From an uncultured Gemmatimonadales bacterium (GTDB lineage: Bacteria; Pseudomonadota; Gammaproteobacteria; Pseudomonadales; IMCC2047): a DNA stretch of 53,325 nt. Positions 18,248 through 28,958 of this stretch are shown piece by piece; position 1 is the first letter of the stretch; each line of letters starts with the position of its first letter. Position numbers and translations under genes: made by a program. A model generated the notes under the pieces. That model saw only the letters and a program-made list of their open reading frames with translations, did not search any database and was not told the origin of the DNA. The stretch is from NCBI GenBank assembly GCA_964195105.1, contig CAXMOT010000099.1, forward strand, positions 1 through 53,325, read 5' to 3'.

Positions 18248-20143
18248 ATGGCGAATACAGAATACAACGCTGAATCGATAGAAGTCTTGAGTGGGCTGGA
18301 CCCTGTTAAACGTCGACCGGGAATGTACACCGACACCAGTCGCCCTAATCACCTTGCGCAGGAAGTGGTCGATAATAGCGTGGACGAGGCCATTGCCGGC
18401 TACGCCAAGCGTATCGACGTCGAATTGCACCGGGACAATTCATTATCAGTATCCGACGACGGGCGCGGCATGCCGGTCGATATGCATCCGGAAGAGGGCG
18501 TCAGTGGCGTCGAACTGATCCTCACCCGGCTCCACGCTGGAGGCAAGTTTTCCAACAAGAATTACCAGTTTTCCGGTGGCCTGCACGGAGTTGGCGTCTC
18601 GGTGGTCAATGCGCTCTCCAATAAGGTGGAGATCTTCATCAAGCGTGACGGGCAGCGCTATCGGATTGCCTTTGCACACGGTGACAAGACTGACGACCTG
18701 GCCGTGATCGACACCGTAGGCCAGCGCAATACGGGTACCGAGCTGCGCTTCTGGCCCGATGTCAGCTATTTTGATTCGCCCAAGTTTTCGGTGCCGCGCC
18801 TGAAACACACCCTGCGGGCCAAGGCGGTGCTGTGTCCGGGGCTGCAGGTAAACTTTGTCGATCACAATACCGCTGAAACAGAAACCTGGTATTACGAGGA
18901 TGGTTTGAAGGATTACCTGGTCGGCACCACCCGTGATTACGAGACGGTGCCTCTGGAGCCCTTCACCGGCACCTTCGCCAGTGCCGGCGAGGCGGCTGAC
19001 TGGGCCGTGCAGTGGTTGCCGGAGGGTGGTGAGCTAACCACCGAAAGTTACGTCAACCTGATCCCAACCTCGCAGGGCGGCACCCACGTTAATGGCTTTC
19101 GCACCGGGCTGCTTGAGGCGATCAGGGAGTTTTGCGAGTTCCGCAGTTTGCTGCCCAGGGGAATAAAGCTGGCGCCGGAGGATATCTGGGATCGCTGCGC
19201 CTATATCCTGTCAATCAAAATACTCGATCCCCAGTTTTCAGGGCAGACGAAGGAGCGGCTGTCATCACGGCAGTGTGCGTCGTTTGTATCCGGCGTGGTA
19301 AAAGATGCCTTCAGCCTGTGGCTTAATAGCAATACCGAGGCTGCGGAGCTACTCGCCGACCTGGTGATTAACAATGCCCAAACCCGGTTGCGTGCCAGCA
19401 AAAAAGTGGTGCGCAAGAAGGTGACCAGCGGGCCTGCATTGCCGGGCAAGCTGTCCGATTGTAGCAGCCAGGACGGTTCCCAGACAGAGTTGTTCCTGGT
19501 GGAGGGCGACTCCGCGGGCGGCTCGGCCAAACAGGCCCGTGACCGTGAGTTCCAGGCGATATTGCCGTTGCGTGGCAAGATCCTCAATACCTGGGAAATC
19601 GACTCCAACCAGATTTTGGCATCCCAGGAAGTTCATAATATTGCCGTTGCGTTGGGGGTGGATCCCGCCTCTGATGATCTCTCCGGGTTACGCTATGGCA
19701 AGGTCTGCATCCTCGCGGATGCAGATTCCGACGGCTTGCATATTGCGACGCTGTTGTGTGCCTTGTTCGTGCGTCACTTCAAACCCTTAGTGACCGAAGG
19801 CCATGTCTATGTCGCGATGCCGCCGTTGTATCGCATTGACATAGGTAAGGAAGTTTTCTATGCGCTGAGCGATTACGAGAAGCAGGGCGTGTTGGATCGT
19901 ATTACAGCCGAAAAGAAGAAGGGCAAGGTCAATGTCCAGCGCTTTAAGGGGTTGGGCGAGATGAACCCGATGCAATTGCGCGAGACCACCATGGCCAGGG
20001 ATACCCGGCGCCTGGTGCAACTGACGATTAGCCCGGGTGACGGAACCCTGGAAGTTCTGGATAAGTTGCTGGCAAAGAAACGCGCGGCGGATCGCAAAAC
20101 CTGGCTCGAGCAGAGCGGCAACCTTGCGGCGCTCGCAACCTGA
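18248..20143 (+). CDS. parE: DNA topoisomerase IV subunit B
   Basis: 631 aa with the GHKL ATPase N-terminus (LEVLSGLDPVKRRPGMYT), EGDSAGG Toprim and PLRGKILN motifs. It is followed by parC. Confidence 0.96.
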   Translation: MANTEYNAESIEVLSGLDPVKRRPGMYTDTSRPNHLAQEVVDNSVDEAIAGYAKRIDVELHRDNSLSVSDDGRGMPVDMHPEEGVSGVELILTRLHAGGKFSNKNYQFSGGLHGVGVSVVNALSNKVEIFIKRDGQRYRIAFAHGDKTDDLAVIDTVGQRNTGTELRFWPDVSYFDSPKFSVPRLKHTLRAKAVLCPGLQVNFVDHNTAETETWYYEDGLKDYLVGTTRDYETVPLEPFTGTFASAGEAADWAVQWLPEGGELTTESYVNLIPTSQGGTHVNGFRTGLLEAIREFCEFRSLLPRGIKLAPEDIWDRCAYILSIKILDPQFSGQTKERLSSRQCASFVSGVVKDAFSLWLNSNTEAAELLADLVINNAQTRLRASKKVVRKKVTSGPALPGKLSDCSSQDGSQTELFLVEGDSAGGSAKQARDREFQAILPLRGKILNTWEIDSNQILASQEVHNIAVALGVDPASDDLSGLRYGKVCILADADSDGLHIATLLCALFVRHFKPLVTEGHVYVAMPPLYRIDIGKEVFYALSDYEKQGVLDRITAEKKKGKVNVQRFKGLGEMNPMQLRETTMARDTRRLVQLTISPGDGTLEVLDKLLAKKRAADRKTWLEQSGNLAALAT

Positions 20144-20206
20144 TTGCGGCGCCAGGTAACACACTCATCTTACTAACCGACACAATGGCAATCGAGAGTA
20201 AACCAA

Positions 20207-22489
20207 ATGAATGATGTGGTCGATTTCTCCGGCGATGAAATAGAGAAGATTGCGCTCAAGAAATACACCGAGGAAGCCTACCTCAACTATTCAATGTATG
20301 TGATCCTGGATCGTGCCTTGCCGCATATAGGTGATGGCCTGAAGCCGGTGCAGCGGCGCATCATATATGCCATGTCCGAGTTGGGTCTCAAGGCAACTGC
20401 CAAGTACAAGAAATCGGCGCGCACGGTCGGTGATGTTCTCGGTAAGTTCCACCCCCATGGTGACAGTGCCTGTTACGAAGCGATGGTGTTGATGGCGCAA
20501 TCCTTTTCCTATCGCTATCCATTGATAGACGGACAGGGCAACTGGGGTGCGCCGGATGATCCCAAGTCCTTTGCCGCGATGCGCTATACCGAATCTCGCC
20601 TGGCTCCCTATGCGGATACGCTGTTGTCCGAACTTGGGCAGGGTACGGTGGACTGGACCCTGAATTTCGATGGCACGCTGCGCGAGCCGCTGGTGCTGCC
20701 CGCCCGATTGCCGAACGTGTTGCTCAACGGCAGTACCGGTATCGCCGTAGGAATGGCGACCGATATCCCGCCGCATAACCTCAAAGAAGTGGTCAGCGCC
20801 TGCATCCAGTTGCTCGATAACCCGCAGGCTACTGTCAGCCAGCTATGTGAGAATATCCAGGGTCCGGACTTTCCGACCCACGCGGAGATTATTACGCCAC
20901 GCCGCGAGATTCTCGCGCTTTATGAAACCGGTCGTGGCGGCGTAAGGATGCGCGCGGTGTACTTGCAGGAGGGCAGCGATATTATCGTCACCGCACTTCC
21001 TCACCAGGTATCCGGGGCGAAGATACTGGAGCAGATTGCGGCACAAATGCAGGCCAAGAAGTTGCCCATGGTAGCGGACCTGCGCGATGAGTCGGATCAT
21101 GAAAACCCCACCCGCCTGGTTATTACGCCCCGCTCAAACCGTGTTGATACTGACGCGTTGATGGTGCATCTATTTGCTACCACCGATCTGGAACGTACCT
21201 ATCGTGTCAATATGAACATGATCGGCCTTGATGGCCGCCCCAGGGTTCGCAACCTGTCTGAAATACTGGGGGAATGGCTCAAGTACCGCACCGAGGTCGT
21301 GCGCCGCCGCCTGCAGCATCGCCTGGACCTGGTGCTGGATCGATTGCACATCCTGGATGGTTTGCTGATCGCGTTTCTTAATATCGACGAGGTCATAGCG
21401 ATTATTCGCCATGAAGATGAGCCCAAGGGCGTGTTGATGGAGCGCTTTAGCTTATCATCGGTGCAAGCGGAGTCTATCCTTGACCTGAAGTTGCGGCACC
21501 TCGCCAAGCTTGAGGAAATGAAAATCCGGGGTGAGCAGAATGATCTCGACGAGGAGCGTGCCAACCTGGAGATAATCCTGGGCTCGAAAACCCGCATGAA
21601 AACTATGATCAAAAAAGAACTAATCGCGGATGCCGAGACCTTTGGTGACGAGCGTCGTTCCCCCATCGTCGCGCGCGGTGAGGCGCATGCATTCAGTGAA
21701 ACCGAGCTGTTGACCTCTGAGCCGGTTACAGTGGTGCTGTCGGAGCAGGGCTGGGCGCGGGCGGCGAAAGGGCATGATATCGATGCGGCCGGCTTGGCCT
21801 ACAAGTCCGGAGATTCTTTCCTGAAGGCGGTAAAGGGTCGCAGCAGCCAGAATGTGGTGTTCCTTGATTCGACCGGCCGTGCTTACACAGCTTCGGCCCA
21901 TACCTTGCCTTCCGCCCGAGGCCAGGGAGAGCCACTGACCGGTCGCTTCGGGGTTCCCGCGGGCGCTCGTATCGAAGCTATGTGTATCGGCGATCCGCGC
22001 CAGTCGATTCTGCTGGCATCGGATGCCGGTTATGGCTTTATTACCCGGCTGGAAGAACTGGTGACGAAAAACAAGGCTGGCAAGTCGGCGCTGAGCCTGC
22101 CCAAAAACGCGCATGTTGTGGCGCCCGTCAATATCAGGGAAGGCGTTGATGAGTGGGTTGCCGCAGTCAGTAATGAAGGCCGCATGCTGGTGTTTGATAT
22201 CAAGGAGTTACCGTCCCTGGCGCGGGGCAAAGGCAACAAGATTATCCAGATTCCCCCCAAACGCCTGACGGCGCGTGAGGAGTATGTCGTATCGGTAGCG
22301 GCCTTATCCGAGCGCGATACGCTGGTGGTCCATGCTGGCAAGCGCTATATAAAAATCAAATTTGCGGATCTGGCCCATTACCATGGCGAACGGGGCAGGC
22401 GGGGTAATAAATTACCGCGCGGTTTCCAGAAGGTTGATCGCGTCGAGGTTGAACGCACCAGCGCGCTAGACAAGGAGCCGGAAGCTTGA
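20207..22489 (+). CDS. parC: DNA topoisomerase IV subunit A
   Basis: 760 aa with [19 protein letters not shown] and the active-site AAMRYTE (Tyr) motif. Confidence 0.96.
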   Translation: MNDVVDFSGDEIEKIALKKYTEEAYLNYSMYVILDRALPHIGDGLKPVQRRIIYAMSELGLKATAKYKKSARTVGDVLGKFHPHGDSACYEAMVLMAQSFSYRYPLIDGQGNWGAPDDPKSFAAMRYTESRLAPYADTLLSELGQGTVDWTLNFDGTLREPLVLPARLPNVLLNGSTGIAVGMATDIPPHNLKEVVSACIQLLDNPQATVSQLCENIQGPDFPTHAEIITPRREILALYETGRGGVRMRAVYLQEGSDIIVTALPHQVSGAKILEQIAAQMQAKKLPMVADLRDESDHENPTRLVITPRSNRVDTDALMVHLFATTDLERTYRVNMNMIGLDGRPRVRNLSEILGEWLKYRTEVVRRRLQHRLDLVLDRLHILDGLLIAFLNIDEVIAIIRHEDEPKGVLMERFSLSSVQAESILDLKLRHLAKLEEMKIRGEQNDLDEERANLEIILGSKTRMKTMIKKELIADAETFGDERRSPIVARGEAHAFSETELLTSEPVTVVLSEQGWARAAKGHDIDAAGLAYKSGDSFLKAVKGRSSQNVVFLDSTGRAYTASAHTLPSARGQGEPLTGRFGVPAGARIEAMCIGDPRQSILLASDAGYGFITRLEELVTKNKAGKSALSLPKNAHVVAPVNIREGVDEWVAAVSNEGRMLVFDIKELPSLARGKGNKIIQIPPKRLTAREEYVVSVAALSERDTLVVHAGKRYIKIKFADLAHYHGERGRRGNKLPRGFQKVDRVEVERTSALDKEPEA

Positions 22490-23712
22490 GCGGTCTAGTA
22501 CTCATCAATGTATCAGGCCAGGATCGAGCCGGTTTTACAGCGTCCCTGTGTGACTTGCTGCGGCGCTTTGATGCGAGGATCCTGGATATCGGCCAGGCGG
22601 TCATTCACGACAGTCTGTCCCTGGGTGTGCTGGTGGCTCTGACGCATGATCGGGACGAGATTGGGTTGCGTGCGGACATTGATGAGTTGGCAAAGCTGGC
22701 GGCCGTTGATATCGGCGTTGAGCGTATCGCTGCAGAAGATTATGAGCGTTGGGTTAGTGCCCAGGAAAAGCCGCGCCATATCGTGACGTTGCTGGCGCGC
22801 AGTATCAGTGCGCAGCAGATTGCCCGGATCAGCGAGATTGTTGCCACCTTTGGATTGAATATCGACAAGATTAATCGTTTGTCGGGCCGGGTAGCCCTGG
22901 ATGCTGATTTGAATACTGCCAAGGCCTGTGTGGAGTTTTCGCTGCGTGGCGATAATACGGATTTGCAGCAGTTAAGGGTGGCGCTGCTCGGTGCAGCCAA
23001 CGAGTTGAATGTGGATATCGCCTACCAGGAGGACGATATCTACCGGCGTTACCGTCGCTTGGTGGTGTTCGATATGGACTCGACCCTGATCGAAGCGGAA
23101 GTCATCGACGAGTTGGCGAAAGAAGCCGGTGTCGGTGAGCGCGTGAGTGCGATTACCGAAAGCGCGATGCGCGGCGAGATTGATTTCAAGGAGAGCTTCA
23201 GCAGCCGGGTTGCGTTGCTTAAGGGCCTGGATGAAGCTGTGTTGGCGCGGGTGGCGGATCGCATCAATATCACCGAAGGCGCCGAGCTGTTAATCGGGAC
23301 GCTCAAGTCACTGGGTTACAAAACTGCTATCTTGTCGGGAGGCTTCAGCTATTTCGGCAGGCTGCTGCAGGATCGCCTGGGTATCGATCATGTGTATGCC
23401 AATGAGCTGGAAATAGAGAACGGCAGGGTTACCGGCAGGGTTACGGGCGATGTTATTGATGGCGCCCGCAAGGCCGAGTTGCTGCGCCAGATCGCGAGCC
23501 AGGAAGGCGTTAGCCTCGAACAGGTGATCGCTGTTGGGGATGGTGCCAATGATCTACCCATGTTGAGTGTCGCCGGTTTGGGGATTGCGTTCAGGGCGAA
23601 GCCGCTCGTCAAGCAAACCGCCAAGCAGGCGCTCTCGAATATCGGTCTCGATGGCATACTTTACCTGATCGGGTTTCGTGATCGGGACTGGTTCCCTGAT
23701 CCGGGTGAGTGA
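22486..23712 (+). CDS. serB: Phosphoserine phosphatase with N-terminal ACT-like regulatory domains
   Basis: HAD motifs [10 protein letters not shown] and GDGANDLPM are present. 408 aa, Pseudomonas-type long SerB. The TTG start overlaps the parC stop (cTTGAg). Confidence 0.9.
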   Translation: MSGLVLINVSGQDRAGFTASLCDLLRRFDARILDIGQAVIHDSLSLGVLVALTHDRDEIGLRADIDELAKLAAVDIGVERIAAEDYERWVSAQEKPRHIVTLLARSISAQQIARISEIVATFGLNIDKINRLSGRVALDADLNTAKACVEFSLRGDNTDLQQLRVALLGAANELNVDIAYQEDDIYRRYRRLVVFDMDSTLIEAEVIDELAKEAGVGERVSAITESAMRGEIDFKESFSSRVALLKGLDEAVLARVADRINITEGAELLIGTLKSLGYKTAILSGGFSYFGRLLQDRLGIDHVYANELEIENGRVTGRVTGDVIDGARKAELLRQIASQEGVSLEQVIAVGDGANDLPMLSVAGLGIAFRAKPLVKQTAKQALSNIGLDGILYLIGFRDRDWFPDPGE

Positions 23713-23790
23713 GACTGTTAATTTTTGTAAAATACTACAGCTCACGCTTGCATGAGGGCGGCATTTCTATAAGAATTCTCCGGCTGTGAG

Positions 23791-23825
23791 CAATTAAACA
23801 ATTAAACAATTAAACAATTAAACAA
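23791..23825. repeat. Octanucleotide microsatellite (CAATTAAA)x4 plus partial unit
   Basis: Four perfect tandem caattaaa units lie at 23791-23822, followed by caa. The tract ends 3 nt before the SD-like taggtgg of the mscS-family gene. Confidence 0.95.
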
Positions 23826-23835
23826 GTTAGGTGGT

Positions 23836-24666
23836 GTGAATATGGATATGTTGGAAAGTAATTCAGATAAGGCAGTCGAGCTGTTGATGCTCTACGGCCC
23901 CAAGTTTGTGCTGGCGTTGGTGGTTCTGTTTGTTGGTTTTTGGATTATCAAGAGGGTCGTGGGTCTGCTTGGTAGTGTGATGCAAAAAAATGAGGTTGAG
24001 CTTACCCTCAAGCGTTTCCTTGAAAGCCTGGTAGGTATCATACTGAAGGCGTTGTTGCTGATCAGTGTCGCTTCGATGATCGGTATAGAGACGACTTCAT
24101 TCATTGCGATAATAGGTGCCGCCGGCCTCGCTATTGGCCTGGCCCTGCAGGGCAGCCTGGCCAACTTTGCGGGCGGAGTGCTGTTGCTGTTATTCAAGCC
24201 ATACAAGGTCGGTGAATTTATTGAAACCTGTGGACACATGGGAACGGTTCATTCCATCCAGATTTTCACCACGGTATTAAAGACCCCGGATAACAAGACA
24301 ATCATTATCCCTAACGGCCCCATTGCCAATGGCAGCATCACAAACTTTTCTACTGAAGCGACTCGCCGTGTCGATATGGAGTTCGGGATTGGTTATGGCG
24401 ACGATATCGATCACACGAAAAGTGTGCTGAATCGTCTTGTCGATGCCGATAGCCGGATCCTGCGCGATCCTGAGCCGGCGGTCTTGTTAGGCGCGCTGGC
24501 CGACAGTTCGGTAAATTTCAAAATGCGGGTGTGGGTCAATGCTGCGGATTATTGGGGTGTTTACTTCGATATGCATGAAAGCGTGAAGAAAACCTTCGAT
24601 GCGGAAGGCATTTCCATACCGTTCCCGCAACAGGATGTGCATATGCACCAGGTTGCCGCCGGTTAA
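23836..24666 (+). CDS. Small-conductance mechanosensitive channel (MscS family)
   Basis: 276 aa with three TM helices and a conserved beta-domain (PFKVGEFIE..G.V..I.IFTT.L.T.DN..I.IPN). ATG 23842 has better SD spacing than the track GTG at 23836. Confidence 0.9.
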   Translation: MNMDMLESNSDKAVELLMLYGPKFVLALVVLFVGFWIIKRVVGLLGSVMQKNEVELTLKRFLESLVGIILKALLLISVASMIGIETTSFIAIIGAAGLAIGLALQGSLANFAGGVLLLLFKPYKVGEFIETCGHMGTVHSIQIFTTVLKTPDNKTIIIPNGPIANGSITNFSTEATRRVDMEFGIGYGDDIDHTKSVLNRLVDADSRILRDPEPAVLLGALADSSVNFKMRVWVNAADYWGVYFDMHESVKKTFDAEGISIPFPQQDVHMHQVAAG

Positions 24667-24691
24667 CTATTCGGGCAGTGCTTGAACGAAT

Positions 24692-24721
24692 AAAAAAAGG
24701 GCCCGTGAGGGCCTTTTTTTG
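24692..24721. terminator. Bidirectional rho-independent terminator
   Basis: aaaaaaagggcccgtgagggccttttttt is a GC stem flanked by an A-run and a T-run. It lies between convergent mscS (+) and the fimX-like gene (-). Confidence 0.8.
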
Positions 24722-24748
24722 TGGGGACGTGTTTTTTGTGCTGCCGGC

Positions 24749-26830
24749 CTAGTCCTCATCATCCTCTGTGGAGAAGTCATAATCCATCGATTTGCTGGGC
24801 TGCTGGATATAGTAGCCTTGAATATAATTGATGCCGGCCTGCCACAGGACCGGTAGCAAGCCGGCGCTGTCGACCATAGGTGCAATCGTCAGCTTGCCTT
24901 GAATGTGCAGTGCGCTAACCAGGTTCTTAATGTCATCCTTGCTGTCCGCATTCTTGTTCACCTCGGTGATAAAGCTGCTGTCGATCTTCACATAGCTGAC
25001 GGGCAAATGCTTGAGGTTATTAAACGGGTTTAATGCGCGCCCAAAATGCGTTAATGCAGCCTTGCATTGCAACTGGTTGATACCTTTCACGAACTCCTTG
25101 GCCTCAGTCAGGTGCGCCGTGGCATCGGTTTCGCTAACCTGGAAGATAATGCTGTCACCCGGCAAGCGGGTTTCGTTTAACAATTCGCTGATCCAGGGCA
25201 GCAGGGAGCTATCCAGAATTGAGTCTCCCGACACGTTGATAAATGTGTGGGTCTTATGCCCTTCGTCGAGGTGCTTCTTCAGCTTGTAAATCGAGTTTTC
25301 GATCACCCAACGTTCGATCCTGGCAAGCAATCCCCTGTCCGTCGCGGTGTGGATGAATTCAGAGGGCGAGACATCGTTACCCTCTGCGTCAGGCATGCGC
25401 AGGAGGACCTCGTAATGCTCCCCTGAGTCTCCGCGCAGACTGACTACCGGCTGGAACACCAGCTTGAATAGTTCATTATCCAGGGCATTCTGCAGCTGGT
25501 CGGCGATCTGCGCTTCATGCGCCGCCTCCTGTTCGTCCGAGCTATGAATGTGAACGCCATCACCGCTACCGGTATTGGTCTTAACGAAGGAGGCGGCTTC
25601 CCGCGCTTTGTTTATGACGTTACTGGCGCTGGTGGTGTTTTCATTGAGAATGGCGATTCCCGTGCTGGCGGTTACTTTTATGTTCTCACCCGACACCTGA
25701 GAGGTATTGGCGGCGATCGCCGCACACAGCTTTTCACCTGCCTGCCCGGCCGAATCCGGATCACAACCGGGGAGCAATGCCGCGAAACCAAAATCATCAT
25801 ACCTGGCCAGTATATTTCCTCCGGTCACCATCTTGGCCAGGGTTCGCGCAACATCACCCAGAATCAGATTAGTCGATGCCGGACCGAGGCGACTCTTTAG
25901 GGACATGATGTCATCGAGCTGGATAAACAATACGGCACTGTTGTCGCTATTTTCCAGCGCTTGCTCAATCGCCTTGTCGACCTGATGGATAAACGCAGCC
26001 TGGTTCTTCAGGCCGGTCAGGACGTCCTGTTTAGACGTTCCTTCGGATGGCGCGTCGCCACCATCGGTGCGAATAAATATCTGGGTGCAGGATTCGCCGT
26101 CATACTTGGCAGAAGAAAATTCCATGTTAATTTCAAATAACGAACTGTCGTCGCGGATACCGTTGCAAACGAAATTATCTGCGTCGTTTTTGCCTTCCCT
26201 GTAGGCACGCAGGAAGCTCTTCAGGCCGTCCTGGTCGTTGCCGGACACCATGTCCATCAGCGGCATACCTTCGAGTTCATCAAAATCCGGATAGCCGAAC
26301 AGTTTCACATAAGCTTCGTTTGCATAGATATGCATGCCGTCATGGGCATAGGCAATCGCGTCCTTGGAGTTGTCGAGCAGCAGGCGACAGCGTTTTTCAG
26401 CATCACGCAAGCCAATCTGGGCCTTGCGCTTGGCGCGCCGTTCATACAGGTTGGCGAGCTCGCGCAGCGCAACCAGCAGCAGCCTGGGGTGCTGTCCCAT
26501 AGGCACGGCATCCTTGATGCCTGCCTCCAGCGCTGTCATCAAGATGTCACTGTCATCCTCTTCGGTTAGCAGGATTACGGGAATGTCCTGCTCCAGTTTC
26601 TTGATCTCGGACTGCAGTTGGAAGGGCGTAAAGCCAACTGATCGGTTGCTGGCAAAGCACAGATCCCAATTCTTTTGCTTAAACAGATCGGCTAATTGTT
26701 GCGGGGATTCGACCATCTGTGCCTGCGTGGCATGGCCAGAGTTACGAAGCAGGTTGATGAGGTCCTCAGCATCGTTTTGCGACGGATCCAGAATGAGTAG
26801 TCGTATGGTGTCCTGTTGCATTTGCATCAA
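24749..26830 (-). CDS. FimX-like REC-PAS-GGDEF-EAL protein with degenerate catalytic motifs
   Basis: 693 aa. The GGDEF position reads RYDDFGF and the EAL position reads EVL (HYEVLLRM), as in P. aeruginosa FimX. It is syntenic with serB/parC as fimX is in Pseudomonas. Confidence 0.75.
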   Translation of the reverse strand: MMQMQQDTIRLLILDPSQNDAEDLINLLRNSGHATQAQMVESPQQLADLFKQKNWDLCFASNRSVGFTPFQLQSEIKKLEQDIPVILLTEEDDSDILMTALEAGIKDAVPMGQHPRLLLVALRELANLYERRAKRKAQIGLRDAEKRCRLLLDNSKDAIAYAHDGMHIYANEAYVKLFGYPDFDELEGMPLMDMVSGNDQDGLKSFLRAYREGKNDADNFVCNGIRDDSSLFEINMEFSSAKYDGESCTQIFIRTDGGDAPSEGTSKQDVLTGLKNQAAFIHQVDKAIEQALENSDNSAVLFIQLDDIMSLKSRLGPASTNLILGDVARTLAKMVTGGNILARYDDFGFAALLPGCDPDSAGQAGEKLCAAIAANTSQVSGENIKVTASTGIAILNENTTSASNVINKAREAASFVKTNTGSGDGVHIHSSDEQEAAHEAQIADQLQNALDNELFKLVFQPVVSLRGDSGEHYEVLLRMPDAEGNDVSPSEFIHTATDRGLLARIERWVIENSIYKLKKHLDEGHKTHTFINVSGDSILDSSLLPWISELLNETRLPGDSIIFQVSETDATAHLTEAKEFVKGINQLQCKAALTHFGRALNPFNNLKHLPVSYVKIDSSFITEVNKNADSKDDIKNLVSALHIQGKLTIAPMVDSAGLLPVLWQAGINYIQGYYIQQPSKSMDYDFSTEDDED

Positions 26831-26971
26831 AATTACGCTGCCCCTAGTCCCTTAATCGATCGTTATTGGTGTTGCGCGTCTCAACCGCAGCGGGTCGAAT
26901 TCGCACGCTTCGCGATAGTAACGAGACTACGCAAACTCTGTTTGCCGGTGTGTTGGTTGCAGATTCGATGC

Positions 26972-28783
26972 TCAGATGTCCGGCCATATATCTTCACCCA
27001 GGTCATCGTCATCCTGGATCATGGCAGTCATTTCACTTTCAAAGACAAAGCGGCTGAACCGTGAGGTCAGGGTTTCCCGACCGGCCAACAACCCCTGGCT
27101 GATTTCGCCGTACTGATTGACCATTACTTTTAATCCATCCCGAAACGGCAAATTTGGCGTTATCAGGTTGGGGTAAGGGTTATTGTGATCCAGTGAGGGC
27201 ATAATCAGGGCGCGAATGTAGTCTGACTTTCGTTTACCTCGCATCAAAACCTTGGCGCCGCAGGGGATTGCATTGGGCGCAACGATTTCCACTCCCATCA
27301 GGGTTTCTTCCGATGCCAATTGGTTTAGCCAGCGGACAACGCCGATACTCCAGGTATGCTGCACGCCCTCATTCACGCCGATAATTTCGCCGGTTTTAAT
27401 TTCTGCGGGGATATCGTTGAGCCATTTCACGCAATAGCCGAACGGGCTGGAATCCAGGATATGGGCCTTGTAAGTTTCATACTCGACTCCGGCCCCGTGT
27501 TTGGTAGCGGCCTCGGCTTCCGGTGCTTGCTCTGCCCTGTAGCCGACGCCCGATGTGTTCGAGGCCTGGCGCATTGCGAGGTCATTAGTTACATCAAAAC
27601 CGCCTGCCCAGCGATCCTGGACATCGTTGATCGATTTCACGTTGGCCGATTCAAACACTTCATTCGGGTCATCCTCGCCGGATTCTCCCTTATGCAACTG
27701 GGTCTCAAAATCAACCCCGCCCGCCACGAAGTAATGGGTAGCGCTGAAGCCGACACAAAGCTTGACCGGTTTGTCATTGGCAACACGGTTTGACTCGCGA
27801 TCGGCAATCGATCCCCAGGTCTTGACCAGGTAGCGCGCCAAATCTGTTGTAACCGTTTGCGGTACCGTAATGCCTTTGACATAGGCGCCATCGGTAGCGT
27901 CCGCCTGGCGTAAATACTGCTGCAGCAGTTGCAGGAGGTCGGTGAAGTTAATTCCCCGCAGCATGGCAGTTATTTTCTGGTCCACCAAATCGCGATAAAT
28001 CGGGGGTTTGTGGTTGCCGAGATCTACGACGAACTTTGTGTTATTGGTCGTCGGGCCAACACTGATATGTTGACACCAATATTCGCAGGCATTGAATAAC
28101 GTCTTAATATCTTGCTGCTGCATCTGGTTCGGCTTGCAGCAACCCAACATCAACACTTTCTTATACACATCTGCGATGGTCGAATTGGTCAGGAACTCTG
28201 TGGTTGTGTCTTGTACAGCAATATCCAGCAACTTGTTGGATTCGCCAATCAGGTAAAACTGGTGCAGTTCCTGCCAAATGGCATCCGGCACCTTGTTGTA
28301 AAGCTGGGAGAATCTCAGGACGTTTTGGTTCAGCGCGCTCATCGCCCGATGCACCGCTAGCGCAGCGGTCTTTTTGGTTTTCCTGGCAGCAAACAGGTTC
28401 TTGGTTTTGGAGTACTCGTTGATAGCAATCTTGTAGCCAATCGCCAGGTTATTATCCAGTGCCATTGCCAGTCGCGCTATCTTGCGGGCTTTGTTAGGCA
28501 GCAGTAATGGCTGGTTGAGGTAATACTTGCTCAGCGCGCCGCACACGCTCACGATGGGCTCCCTCAGGATTTCAAGCAGGCTGATGCGAGTGTCGAAATC
28601 ACAATTTAACTGATTGAGCTCAATAACCGCATGGTACAGCTGGCGCGACGATTCTCCGAGATTAACCATGGGCAGCTGGTTAATCCACTCGCTCATATGT
28701 TTCGGAATAGGTTCACAAAAGGATAGCGTTCCCAGCGTCCGGGTCGGGATTGCAAGTTGTTCTGCGGTTTTATCAAACGACAT
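26972..28783 (-). CDS. Conserved hypothetical protein, PA4958/FimW-like, with C-terminal PilZ-like beta-barrel
   Basis: 603 aa, immediately upstream of the fimX-like gene, as PA4958 is in P. aeruginosa. The C-terminal region has LDSSPFG (DxSxxG-like), but no clear RxxxR was seen. Confidence 0.5.
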   Translation of the reverse strand: MSFDKTAEQLAIPTRTLGTLSFCEPIPKHMSEWINQLPMVNLGESSRQLYHAVIELNQLNCDFDTRISLLEILREPIVSVCGALSKYYLNQPLLLPNKARKIARLAMALDNNLAIGYKIAINEYSKTKNLFAARKTKKTAALAVHRAMSALNQNVLRFSQLYNKVPDAIWQELHQFYLIGESNKLLDIAVQDTTTEFLTNSTIADVYKKVLMLGCCKPNQMQQQDIKTLFNACEYWCQHISVGPTTNNTKFVVDLGNHKPPIYRDLVDQKITAMLRGINFTDLLQLLQQYLRQADATDGAYVKGITVPQTVTTDLARYLVKTWGSIADRESNRVANDKPVKLCVGFSATHYFVAGGVDFETQLHKGESGEDDPNEVFESANVKSINDVQDRWAGGFDVTNDLAMRQASNTSGVGYRAEQAPEAEAATKHGAGVEYETYKAHILDSSPFGYCVKWLNDIPAEIKTGEIIGVNEGVQHTWSIGVVRWLNQLASEETLMGVEIVAPNAIPCGAKVLMRGKRKSDYIRALIMPSLDHNNPYPNLITPNLPFRDGLKVMVNQYGEISQGLLAGRETLTSRFSRFVFESEMTAMIQDDDDLGEDIWPDI

Positions 28784-28958
28784 TAACAGCGTCCATTAGA
28801 TCGTGCACCTCTCTAGTCGGGCGCGAAGACTCAATAATATGCTTTGGTAGCCTGTGCCAAAAAAGGCTGCAGGCTAGGGAAAACAAACCATAGTCCATTA
28901 AAAATATAGGTGACACAAGCGAATTTAGCCAGTCCCACTGTAAAATTTACTGGGCTGG

